Assembly (NCBI GenBank): GCA_001871165.1
Contig: MNUT01000024.1
Coordinates: forward strand, 1-57,827
DNA: 57,827 nucleotides
From: Candidatus Falkowbacteria bacterium CG1_02_37_21
GTDB lineage: Bacteria > Patescibacteriota > Patescibacteriia > Patescibacteriales > UBA12465
Direction: 5' to 3'
In this document: positions 1 through 7,768 of the stretch, in pieces
Layout of the letters: each line of letters opens with the position of its first letter
Numbering within the stretch: the stretch's first letter is position 1
Position numbers and translations under genes: made by a program
Notes under the pieces: generated by a model
What the model saw: only the letters and a program-made list of their open reading frames with translations
Told to the model about the DNA's origin: nothing
Databases searched by the model: none

Positions 1-51
1 AACGACGCCGTTAAGGCGTCGTGAGGCGGTACTCCCCTAGGGACTACTAAC

Positions 52-83
52 TAAAAAGCTCTAACGAATGTTAGAGTTTTTTA
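52..83. terminator. Bidirectional intrinsic terminator inside repeat unit 1
   Basis: The stem ctctaac/gttagag (59-65 / 70-76) has a gaat loop. It is flanked by an A5 run upstream and a T6 run downstream. Confidence 0.6.
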
Positions 84-265
84 GTTATTAATTCGCAACT
101 AGGAGAGTCGAACAGACGGCGAGCGAGATATTAGGACGAGCGAAGCGAGGCATAATAATCGAGCGACGATAAACGCGAACTGGTGAGCGTTTAGCGGGTC
201 CGTCCAGGACAACGAACGACGCCGTTAAGGCGTCACGAGGCGGTACTCCCCTAGGGACTACTAAC

Positions 266-297
266 TAAAAAGCTCTAACGAATGTTAGAGTTTTTTA
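266..297. terminator. Bidirectional intrinsic terminator inside repeat unit 2
   Basis: Identical copy of the 52-83 hairpin, shifted by 214 bp. Confidence 0.6.
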
Positions 298-480
298 GTT
301 ATTAATTCGCAACTAGGAGAGTCGAACAGACGGCGAGCGAGATATTAGGACGAGCGAAGCGAGGCATAATAATCGAGCGACGATAAACGCGAACTGGTGA
401 GCGTTTAGCGGGTCCGTCCAGGACAACGAACGACGCCGTTAAGGCGTCACGAGGCGAAACTCCCCTAGGGACTACATAAT

Positions 481-506
481 AAAAACACTACAACTTTGTT
501 GTAGTG
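481..506 (-). terminator. Intrinsic terminator of the toxin-antitoxin operon
   Basis: The 9-bp stem cactacaac/gttgtagtg has a 3-nt loop. The A5 run on the + strand gives a U-tract on the - strand. It lies 65 nt downstream of the mazF-like stop. A second imperfect hairpin lies at 516-543. Confidence 0.7.
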
Positions 507-570
507 TTGTTGTGATACCGCCGGCTCTATGCCCGACGGTAGTTTATTAAATATTATTATAAGAAATATT

Positions 571-924
571 CTACAAATTAAAATGACGTTTTAAATAATC
601 CTTGATTTTTATCACCGTTTCTTCGTTTATTTTTCCTATTACTTTTTCAAACCGAATATAATCAAAAGATGTTATACAATATACTTTAGCCAATGAATCA
701 GACATTAAATTATTTTCTTCACCAGCTTCTATTAAAATATCATCAGACATGCGATTGTCTTTTTGTGAGGTAAGGGGGATTATAGTAACCAAATTAGTCT
801 TTTTTAATTGTTCATCTGATTGCACGACAATGGCTGGTCTTTTGTTTTGATATTCGTGTCCGACACTAGGATCAAATTCAACCCAAACAATATCGCCGAA
901 GCTAATCTCGCCTTTTGTCATCAT
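571..924 (-). CDS. PemK/MazF-family endoribonuclease toxin
   Basis: 117 aa. GDIVWVEFDPSVGHEYQNKRPAIVV and IIPLTS motifs are typical of the MazF/PemK fold. Its start overlaps the upstream gene's stop by 4 nt (ATGA). Confidence 0.85.
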   Translation of the reverse strand: MMTKGEISFGDIVWVEFDPSVGHEYQNKRPAIVVQSDEQLKKTNLVTIIPLTSQKDNRMSDDILIEAGEENNLMSDSLAKVYCITSFDYIRFEKVIGKINEETVIKIKDYLKRHFNL

Positions 925-1766
925 AGATTTTCGTAGTAATCGTATTCTTTTTTAGAGATAGAACCTAATTGACTTAACACGTCTTTAGCTCCCGTCATTT
1001 TAAAATATCTTAAATCATCAACGCTTCTTTTGGCGTAAGGTGTTTGACGTTCAAAAACAAGATTATACGGAATAACTTCTTTATCATCGGTTAATTGCCA
1101 AGGGGCGTCGCCATGTGAATATTCCTCTATTTGTGAGGCAGACATATTAGAAAGAGACCCTATAACATCGTCAATAACTTTGGTTTCTTTAGTGCATAAA
1201 GAATTCAACTCGTGGTTAATTAAATTAATATAACGTTTTATTTTTAAGCCAAAATAATCCTGAATAATAATTTTAAGTTCTTGATTAGCCCTCATTTCTT
1301 CTATAACTGGTGAATATTGGTTAGCTACCGGCGCTGGGCCATATTGTAAATGGATATAGTTTAAGCCAGAGATCGATTTATTGTTGATTTCGAAATTATT
1401 AAAATCAATAAAATATAATAATTTATACAACACTGTTTCTCCGACGTTTGGTTTTCCTGCACATTTTTCTAGAATATACAGAATAATGTTTTTTAATTTT
1501 TTTGGCTCAAAATTATTAACCTTTTTTTGATTTTTAGTTAGTTCTATATTTGGTAATTCATCTTCAATTAAGAAATAATCAGTTTTTAATTTAAAAACTT
1601 CGGCTATTTGGGCCAACTCTAAAAAATCAACGCTTCTGTGGCCTTGTTCAATTTGCGATATAGCAACTCTTGATAAGTTAATTTTTTGAGCCAAATCTTC
1701 TTGGCTCATACCCTCAAATTCTCTTAAAGCCTTAATTTTATTGCCTAAAGATTGTTTATTAATCAT
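921..1766 (-). CDS. XRE-type HTH fused to a DUF4065/Panacea-like (SocA/GepA-like) domain; putative antitoxin
   Basis: 281 aa. N-terminal HTH: LREFEGMSQEDLAQKINLSRVAISQIEQGHR. The C-terminal LYKLLYFIDF...LQYGPAP pattern resembles DUF4065. It lies upstream of, and translationally coupled to, the MazF-like gene. Confidence 0.7.
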   Translation of the reverse strand: MINKQSLGNKIKALREFEGMSQEDLAQKINLSRVAISQIEQGHRSVDFLELAQIAEVFKLKTDYFLIEDELPNIELTKNQKKVNNFEPKKLKNIILYILEKCAGKPNVGETVLYKLLYFIDFNNFEINNKSISGLNYIHLQYGPAPVANQYSPVIEEMRANQELKIIIQDYFGLKIKRYINLINHELNSLCTKETKVIDDVIGSLSNMSASQIEEYSHGDAPWQLTDDKEVIPYNLVFERQTPYAKRSVDDLRYFKMTGAKDVLSQLGSISKKEYDYYENL

Positions 1767-1979
1767 ATAATTGATTAAGATATTAACTATTTATAGCATA
1801 TACTCTGAAGGAAAAACTGTCAATATTTTATATTTTGATAGAATAATTAACATTATTCTTAATATTGGCTATGTTATTTATATTTTTTATATGCTGGCAT
1901 AGCATCAGTGTTGTGCTTACTTGTTGAATTTATGGATGGGCTTTAACCCAAAATTAATCTTTCGTCATACACTTTCGGA

Positions 1980-2008
1980 GCCTAGACTAAAAATCTAGGC
2001 TTTTTTAT
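1980..2008 (+). terminator. Orphan + strand intrinsic terminator in the intergenic region
   Basis: The 7-bp stem gcctaga/tctaggc (1980-1986 / 1994-2000) has a 7-nt loop and is followed by T6. There is no U-tract on the - strand and no + strand ORF upstream of it. Confidence 0.6.
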
Positions 2009-2063
2009 TTATTTTTCAATCCAGTTATTCTAAAACCTCTTTCTGGCTGTTTGGCTTTAGTTT

Positions 2064-2072
2064 TGCTATAAT
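2064..2072 (+). promoter_or_regulatory. Extended -10 element (TGCTATAAT) upstream of the patatin-like gene
   Basis: Exact TGnTATAAT, 27 nt upstream of the ATG at 2099. The same motif class recurs upstream of other genes in the window. Confidence 0.5.
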
Positions 2073-2098
2073 TTTAGTAGCTTAATCTTCTCTATAAT

Positions 2099-2899
2099 AT
2101 GCCCAAACGTAAAAAAATTGGCTTGGCTCTCGGGTCGGGAGCTTATCGTGGTTTTGCCCATATCGGCGTTATCCGTTCCTTGGAGAAACACGATATCGCC
2201 ATTGATTATTTAAGTGGAGCCAGTATCGGTGCCTGGGTGGCTGCCTATTATGCGGTTTTTGGCGATATAACCGTTTTAGAACGTAATTTGATAGATAATC
2301 ATAAAGAAAATTTATCTTTATTGCTTGATTTCCGTGGCCGTACTGGCCTGATTAGCGGTCAAAAATTTGTGGCGTACTTGGAAAAAAAATTAAATTACAG
2401 CAGTTTCGCTGACTTAAAAATTCCTTTACAAATTGTGGCTACAGATTTAGCAACGGCCGACCCCTATGTTTTTAAAAGTGGTTCGGTGGCTGAAGCGGTG
2501 CGAGCGAGCACGGCTATTCCTTTAGTTTTTCAAGCTTGGGAACAGAATAAGAAATTTTTAGTGGATGGGGGAATGAGTAATCCGGTCCCGGTTAATTTGG
2601 TTCGCAAAATGGGGGCGGATATTGTTATTGGAGTTAATTTATATAATAGTCAAGAATTTGCTAATCCCTTGACCGGCGTGACGGACACCGTAACGCGTGG
2701 TACTTTAATTCTTTTACGTAATTTATCACGAGTCAGTATAAGTGATGCTGATTTAGTGGTGGAACCTAATATGTCTTTTTGGCAGAAGCACAGCAGCTTA
2801 TCTAAATATTTTACCAAAGCTACTGCCGAGGCTATGATTAAAGCTGGTGAAAAAGCCATGGATAAATTAATACCGGCTTTGAAGAAATTAATTTCTTAA
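2099..2899 (+). CDS. Patatin-like phospholipase
   Basis: 266 aa. Oxyanion-hole motif GSGAYRG, nucleophile elbow GASIG (GxSxG) and catalytic Asp in VDGGMSNPVP (DGG). Confidence 0.85.
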   Translation: MPKRKKIGLALGSGAYRGFAHIGVIRSLEKHDIAIDYLSGASIGAWVAAYYAVFGDITVLERNLIDNHKENLSLLLDFRGRTGLISGQKFVAYLEKKLNYSSFADLKIPLQIVATDLATADPYVFKSGSVAEAVRASTAIPLVFQAWEQNKKFLVDGGMSNPVPVNLVRKMGADIVIGVNLYNSQEFANPLTGVTDTVTRGTLILLRNLSRVSISDADLVVEPNMSFWQKHSSLSKYFTKATAEAMIKAGEKAMDKLIPALKKLIS

Positions 2900-2901
2900 T
2901 T

Positions 2902-3939
2902 ATGAAATATCGTTTGTATACTACTTCACATAGTGCTTGGGATAGCATGTTTACGTCGATGAGTGCCGCCACCCAGTCAATCTATATTGAGATGTATACT
3001 CTCCTGGATGACACTCAAACAACTCATGATTTTCTGCATTTACTAGCTGATAAGTCCCGGGCCGGTTTAGAGATCGTAGTAGTAGCTGATATTTATGGCA
3101 GCCGAGCTTTGCGTAACACGGCCGTAGATTCATTAAAAACTGCCGGAGTAGAGTTTTTATATTTTAGTCGCTGGTTTCGTCGTACTCATCGTAAGATTGT
3201 AGTAATTGATAACCAAGTGGCTTTCACCGGTGGTGTAAACATTATTGAGGAAACACGTAATTGGATAGATTTACAAATTAGATTAGAGGGCGGCATCATT
3301 CGTCCTTTGTTGAGATCTTTTGCTTATTCCTATGAAATGGCGGGGGGACGTAAAGAATCAATTTTACAGTTTTATCGCCAGCCCTTAGTTAAAAAAATAA
3401 AAGCTTGGATTACCGATAATTTACCGCAGACCGCCAAAATTTATTATTTAAATGATTATTACAAAAAAAGAATTTTAGAGGCTAATAAATCAGTGACGAT
3501 TGTGACGCCTTATCTTTTGCCGCCCAGTTGGCTAGTAGGAGTTTTAGATGATGCTTGCCGACGAGGGGTGAAAGTGGAGATTTTAATTCCTAATGATACT
3601 GACGTTAAACCGGTGAACAAAGTTAATTTTTTAAATGCCTGTCGTCTGTCAGAATTCGGCGTTAAATTTTATCTTCTCCCCACGATGAATCATGCTAAAA
3701 TTATGATAATTGATAACGAAGAAGTTGTAGTAGGTTCACAGAATATGGATATTTTATCTTTTAATTGGAATGTAGAGGCGGGAGTTTTTTCTCAGCAGAA
3801 AGATTTGGTGGCTGATTTAGTTAGAATTGTGGAACAATGGAAAAAGGCTTCGGTAGAATTTTCCGCGCTTAGCCGTAAACCAAATTATCTTGATCGTTTT
3901 TTAATTGTTGTTTTAAAATTTTTTTATCCGATTATGTAG
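2902..3939 (+). CDS. Phospholipase D / cardiolipin-synthase-like protein with two HKD motifs
   Basis: 345 aa. HRKIVVIDNQVAFTGGVN and HAKIMIIDNEEVVVGSQN are two HxKxxxxD motifs. Only 2 nt separate it from the patatin gene's stop. Confidence 0.8.
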   Translation: MKYRLYTTSHSAWDSMFTSMSAATQSIYIEMYTLLDDTQTTHDFLHLLADKSRAGLEIVVVADIYGSRALRNTAVDSLKTAGVEFLYFSRWFRRTHRKIVVIDNQVAFTGGVNIIEETRNWIDLQIRLEGGIIRPLLRSFAYSYEMAGGRKESILQFYRQPLVKKIKAWITDNLPQTAKIYYLNDYYKKRILEANKSVTIVTPYLLPPSWLVGVLDDACRRGVKVEILIPNDTDVKPVNKVNFLNACRLSEFGVKFYLLPTMNHAKIMIIDNEEVVVGSQNMDILSFNWNVEAGVFSQQKDLVADLVRIVEQWKKASVEFSALSRKPNYLDRFLIVVLKFFYPIM

Positions 3940-4049
3940 GATAAAGCCTATTATGGTTAGCCGATGGGTCGATGCTTTAGTGTCGGCCTTGTTTTTTTTG
4001 AACTTTTCGGCTATAATAGATTCCACTAACTTTTTTGACTACGATTATT

Positions 4050-6539
4050 ATGTTGGAAAATTTCATCAAGATTAAGGGAGCCCGTACCAATAATTTGAAA
4101 AATATTAATTTAGATATTCCGCGTGATAAATTGGTAGTCGTTACCGGCCTGTCCGGTTCCGGTAAATCATCTTTAGCTTTTGATACGGTTTATGCCGAGG
4201 GTCAGCGTCGTTATGTAGAGTCTCTTTCTTCTTATGCTCGTCAATTTGTGGGTATGATGGATAAACCGGATGTGGATATGATTGAGGGTTTATCACCGGC
4301 TATTTCTATTGATCAGCGGACGGCTAGTCATAATCCTCGTTCTACGGTGGGAACGATTACAGAAATTTATGATTATTTGCGTCTGCTTTATGCTCGTCTT
4401 GGGCAACCTTATTGTCCGGTCTGTGGTATAAAATTAAAAAAATTCTCTGAGACAAAAAAGACTAGCAAGAAAGTTCGTGGTCGAGAAATTAAATTTGCTA
4501 AAGTAGAGAGGTTTTTTAATTGTCCTAATTGTGATTATCGTCATCTGGAATTGGAGCCGAGAGATTTTTCTTTCAATTCCGGGCATGGTGCTTGTGCCGT
4601 TTGTGGTGGATTAGGCACTAAGTTAGAAATTAACGAAGAGCTAGTATTTAATAATAAATTAAGTATTTTGGAGGGAGCAATTAAACCTTTAGCCCATACT
4701 AACTTGAGTGGAAATACTTTATTAACGGAACTGAAGGACTTGGCTTCACGCCATGATTTTAGTTTGCGCCAGGCCTTGAAGGATTTAAAACCGGAACAGA
4801 AACAGTTTTTGTTACGGGGCGATGAATGTTTTAGCGGTTTGTTGGCATATTTAGATAATAAGTATCAGGACACCAAATCAAATTTTGTTAAGCAAGAAAT
4901 TGAAAAAGTAATGCGAGTGACTTGCTGTCCGTCTTGTCAGGGTGCTCGTCTAAAAAAAGAATCACTGGCGGTAAAAATAAATAATCTATCTATTATAGAG
5001 CTAACGAATAAAAGCTTACAAGATTTAGCCGATGTTTTAAAAGACTGGTTGAAAAATGCTGCTACTTTGAATGCCCCGGCGCTTGTTTGGGAGTCAATTA
5101 TTAAAGAGATTTTAAAGAATTTAGAATTTTTGTCTAACGTGGGCTTAGATTACTTAACTTTGAATCGCCCCGCTTTAACCTTATCCGGTGGCGAAGCCCA
5201 GCGTATTCGTTTAGCCTCTCAAGTTGGCTCTACTTTAAGCGGAGTTTTGTATGTCTTAGATGAACCGTCTATTGGCCTGCATCAGCGCGATAACGACAAG
5301 CTTATAGTTACTTTAAAAAAATTACGTGATAACGGCAATACAGTGATAGTGGTAGAACATGACGCACCGATGATGTTGGCGGCCGATTGGCTAATTGATA
5401 TTGGTCCTGGCGCCGGTGATTTTGGTGGCAATGTCTTGTTTGCCGGCACCCCGACTGATATTAAAAATTGTTCTGATTCTTTAACCGGCGCTTATTTATC
5501 CGGGAAAAAAGCGATTAAAGTCCCTGATAAATTTCGTCCCGGAAATGGTCAGGCTATTAAAATATTAGGAGCGAGTGAGCATAATTTAAAAAATATTGAT
5601 GTGGAAATTCCTCTGGGCAAGTTAGTGGCTATTACCGGCGTTTCCGGTTCCGGTAAATCAACTTTAATGAGTGATATTTTAGCTAAAGCTTTAGGCCGTA
5701 AATTCTATCGTGCTAAAGATGAACCGGGCGAACATAAAGCCATTCAAGGTTTAGAGTTTATTGATAAAGTAATTGATATTGATCAGTCCCCGATTGGTCG
5801 TACGCCGCGTTCTAATCCCGCCACTTATACCGGCTTATTTACTTATATTCGTGACTTATTTGCAGAATTGCCAGAGGCTCGCGTGAAAGGTCTTAGTGCC
5901 GGTCATTTTTCTTTTAACGTCCCTGGCGGTCGTTGTGAAAATTGTTCCGGCGATGGTGTTATTAAGGTAGAGATGCAGTTTTTGTCGGATGTTTATTTAA
6001 AGTGCGATGTCTGTGCTGGTCGTAAGTTTCAGGATAAAGTTTTAGAAGTACTGTATAAAGAAAAAAATATTTTTGAGGTTTTAAATATGACCGTGGAAGA
6101 AGCGAAAGATTTTTTTCAGGAGCACTCTGCTATTAGTCAAAAGTTGAAGACTTTGGATGAAGTGGGACTTGGTTATATTAAATTGGGACAAAGCGCGACA
6201 ACTTTTTCCGGTGGTGAAGCCCAGCGTATTAAGCTGGCTACCGAGTTAGCGCGTCGGGCGACCGGCAAGACTTTATATATTTTAGATGAACCGACAACCG
6301 GACTTCATTTTGCCGATATTGATCGCTTACTCAAAGTTCTTAATTTATTAGTTGATCAAGGAAATACAGTTTTGATTATTGAACATAATTTGGATGTTAT
6401 TAAATCTGTGGATTGGGTGATAGACTTGGGGCCGGAAGGTGGTGTGACGGGAGGTAATTTGGTAGCGGCGGGTACGCCGCCGCAAATTGCCCAAGTAGCT
6501 AAAAGCTATACAGGACAGTATTTAAAGAAAATTATTTAG
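4050..6539 (+). CDS. uvrA: UvrA-family excinuclease ATPase lacking the UvrB-binding domain
   Basis: Two ABC modules (Walker [10 protein letters not shown] and GVSGSGKST; LSGGEAQR signature twice) and CxxC zinc modules. The first in-frame ATG is at 4050; the track start at 4035 is TTG. At about 830 aa it is short for a UvrA. Confidence 0.9.
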   Translation: MLENFIKIKGARTNNLKNINLDIPRDKLVVVTGLSGSGKSSLAFDTVYAEGQRRYVESLSSYARQFVGMMDKPDVDMIEGLSPAISIDQRTASHNPRSTVGTITEIYDYLRLLYARLGQPYCPVCGIKLKKFSETKKTSKKVRGREIKFAKVERFFNCPNCDYRHLELEPRDFSFNSGHGACAVCGGLGTKLEINEELVFNNKLSILEGAIKPLAHTNLSGNTLLTELKDLASRHDFSLRQALKDLKPEQKQFLLRGDECFSGLLAYLDNKYQDTKSNFVKQEIEKVMRVTCCPSCQGARLKKESLAVKINNLSIIELTNKSLQDLADVLKDWLKNAATLNAPALVWESIIKEILKNLEFLSNVGLDYLTLNRPALTLSGGEAQRIRLASQVGSTLSGVLYVLDEPSIGLHQRDNDKLIVTLKKLRDNGNTVIVVEHDAPMMLAADWLIDIGPGAGDFGGNVLFAGTPTDIKNCSDSLTGAYLSGKKAIKVPDKFRPGNGQAIKILGASEHNLKNIDVEIPLGKLVAITGVSGSGKSTLMSDILAKALGRKFYRAKDEPGEHKAIQGLEFIDKVIDIDQSPIGRTPRSNPATYTGLFTYIRDLFAELPEARVKGLSAGHFSFNVPGGRCENCSGDGVIKVEMQFLSDVYLKCDVCAGRKFQDKVLEVLYKEKNIFEVLNMTVEEAKDFFQEHSAISQKLKTLDEVGLGYIKLGQSATTFSGGEAQRIKLATELARRATGKTLYILDEPTTGLHFADIDRLLKVLNLLVDQGNTVLIIEHNLDVIKSVDWVIDLGPEGGVTGGNLVAAGTPPQIAQVAKSYTGQYLKKII

Positions 6540-6561
6540 CCTGGCTTTATTATAGAATTAT

Positions 6562-6592
6562 AAAAACTTCCGTTTTGGCGGAAGTTTTTTTG
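6562..6592. terminator. Bidirectional intrinsic terminator between convergent genes
   Basis: The stem acttccg/cggaagt has a 6-nt loop, an A5 run upstream and a T6 run downstream. Confidence 0.75.
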
Positions 6593-6640
6593 TTGAGATT
6601 AATTTACTTTAGCGGTTTAATGGTCAAAAATAGTTGGTCT

Positions 6641-7141
6641 TTATGATAAATCAGCCAATATTTTTAATTCTAGTTTCTTCGTTATCGTATCTAGAGTGGC
6701 AAAAGTGGCCTGATACCAGGTGCCCGAGATATTGCCGGGGTTGCTTATAATTATTTCGTCTCTTTTTTCCCACCAAGGTTTGTGAGTGTGTCCGTAAAAA
6801 ATAAAATTTGGTGTTGCCTGATTGCTATTAATAATTTTATTGATTTTTTCCGGTTCATGGCAGAAGGCTATTTCTAGGCCGTCAATATTAATTTGACCGC
6901 TTGATCCGTAGTAGTGGAAATTCTTATCGTTTAGTATTTCGGGCTCTTCATATAATTCCACATTTCCTTTAACCATAAAAACCTCGCCGCTAAAGTTAGT
7001 GACGAGGTGATTTAAAGTGTTTAAAGTTGTGGTGTCGCCGCAGAAAATAATTTTATTGATGTCTTGTTTGTTGCACCAGCTTAAACATTTATCCAGATTA
7101 GCCAGGTTGTCGTGAATATCGGAAATTATAGCTAGTAACAT
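6641..7141 (-). CDS. YfcE/MJ0936-family metallophosphoesterase
   Basis: 166 aa. Motifs SDIHDN, CGDTT, KGNVE and GHTH are the calcineurin-like phosphoesterase signature. Confidence 0.8.
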   Translation of the reverse strand: MLLAIISDIHDNLANLDKCLSWCNKQDINKIIFCGDTTTLNTLNHLVTNFSGEVFMVKGNVELYEEPEILNDKNFHYYGSSGQINIDGLEIAFCHEPEKINKIINSNQATPNFIFYGHTHKPWWEKRDEIIISNPGNISGTWYQATFATLDTITKKLELKILADLS

Positions 7142-7176
7142 AATGTCGCTTTAATTTTTGTAGAATCAGTCCGGAC

Positions 7177-7752
7177 TTACTTTTTTCCGCGCAACTTAAT
7201 TTCATAGGTCATCTGCTCCAGTTTACGCAAGTGTCCACGCGCTTGATCATATTTGGTTCGTAAATATCCGGTTAAGTCAAAATCAACTAGTTGTGACATA
7301 ATATCGTCCGCCGTTTTTTTTATTTTTGCTATTTCGTTAAATTTTCCGGCGGCCGCGCGGTTAGTGGCATAACGCACCATCTCACCGATTAAATCACATA
7401 GTCCGCCGAGATAGGCCTCGTAATCTAAAGTAAGTCCTGTTACAGCCGTAATTTCTTTATTGGTAATTGTTAAATAAAAAGTTTTCCCTTCCAGATATTC
7501 TTCTGCGGCCGCTCGATACGGTCCTTCGCGACGGAGACGTTCGGCGCCAAAACGTTTTTCTAAATCTTTTAAATTTTTTTCCATGTCTGCCAACTTAATT
7601 TTGGCGACTTTTAGGTCATCGCGTTGTAGGGCAAAAATAGTTTTTTTTGCTTCAAATAAAATATTGTTGGAAGCACTGTTAATTTGTCGTCGCTGCGATT
7701 CATTATCGCGATAATTTTGTTTTAACCGCGTCAAGAATTTAGTATTAACCAT
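7177..7752 (-). CDS. Translin-family protein (putative nucleic-acid-binding protein or nuclease)
   Basis: 191 aa, all-helical. The C-terminal pattern LDYEAYLGGLCDLIGEMVRYATNRAAAGKF...LRTKYDQARGHLRKLEQMTYEIKLRG aligns by eye with human translin LDVEDYLSGVLILASELSRLSVNSVTAGDY...LRKRYDGLKYDVKKVEEVVYDLSIRG. Confidence 0.7.
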   Translation of the reverse strand: MVNTKFLTRLKQNYRDNESQRRQINSASNNILFEAKKTIFALQRDDLKVAKIKLADMEKNLKDLEKRFGAERLRREGPYRAAAEEYLEGKTFYLTITNKEITAVTGLTLDYEAYLGGLCDLIGEMVRYATNRAAAGKFNEIAKIKKTADDIMSQLVDFDLTGYLRTKYDQARGHLRKLEQMTYEIKLRGKK

Positions 7753-7768
7753 AGAATGTTTTTAGAAT

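Larger units (their letters stand above)
1..475. repeat. 214-bp tandem direct repeat: two full units (1-214, 215-428) plus a 47-bp partial third unit (429-475). The array runs off the 5' window edge.
   Basis: Units 1 and 2 differ only at 21-22 (gt) vs 235-236 (ac). The third copy differs at 'gcgaaac' vs 'gcggtac', then diverges after 'ctagggactac'. The region is visibly more GC-rich than flanking DNA and has no long ORF on either strand. Confidence 0.95.

Noticed and set aside
88-153. 21-codon minus-strand ORF (MPRFARPNISLAVCSTLLVAN) inside each repeat unit (also at 302-367)
   Set aside because: - It has no Shine-Dalgarno or promoter-like context, it is very short, and nothing supports conservation.
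- It is mentioned only as the sole ATG-initiated frame in the unit.
1-475. CRISPR-like array, or a type III toxin-antitoxin RNA repeat array (ToxI-like)
   Set aside because: - The period is 214 bp and the sequences between the conserved cores are identical to each other, so there are no unique spacers.
- The unit is far longer than known ToxI-type repeats (tens of nt).
- The adjacent toxin is a type II MazF with its own protein antitoxin.
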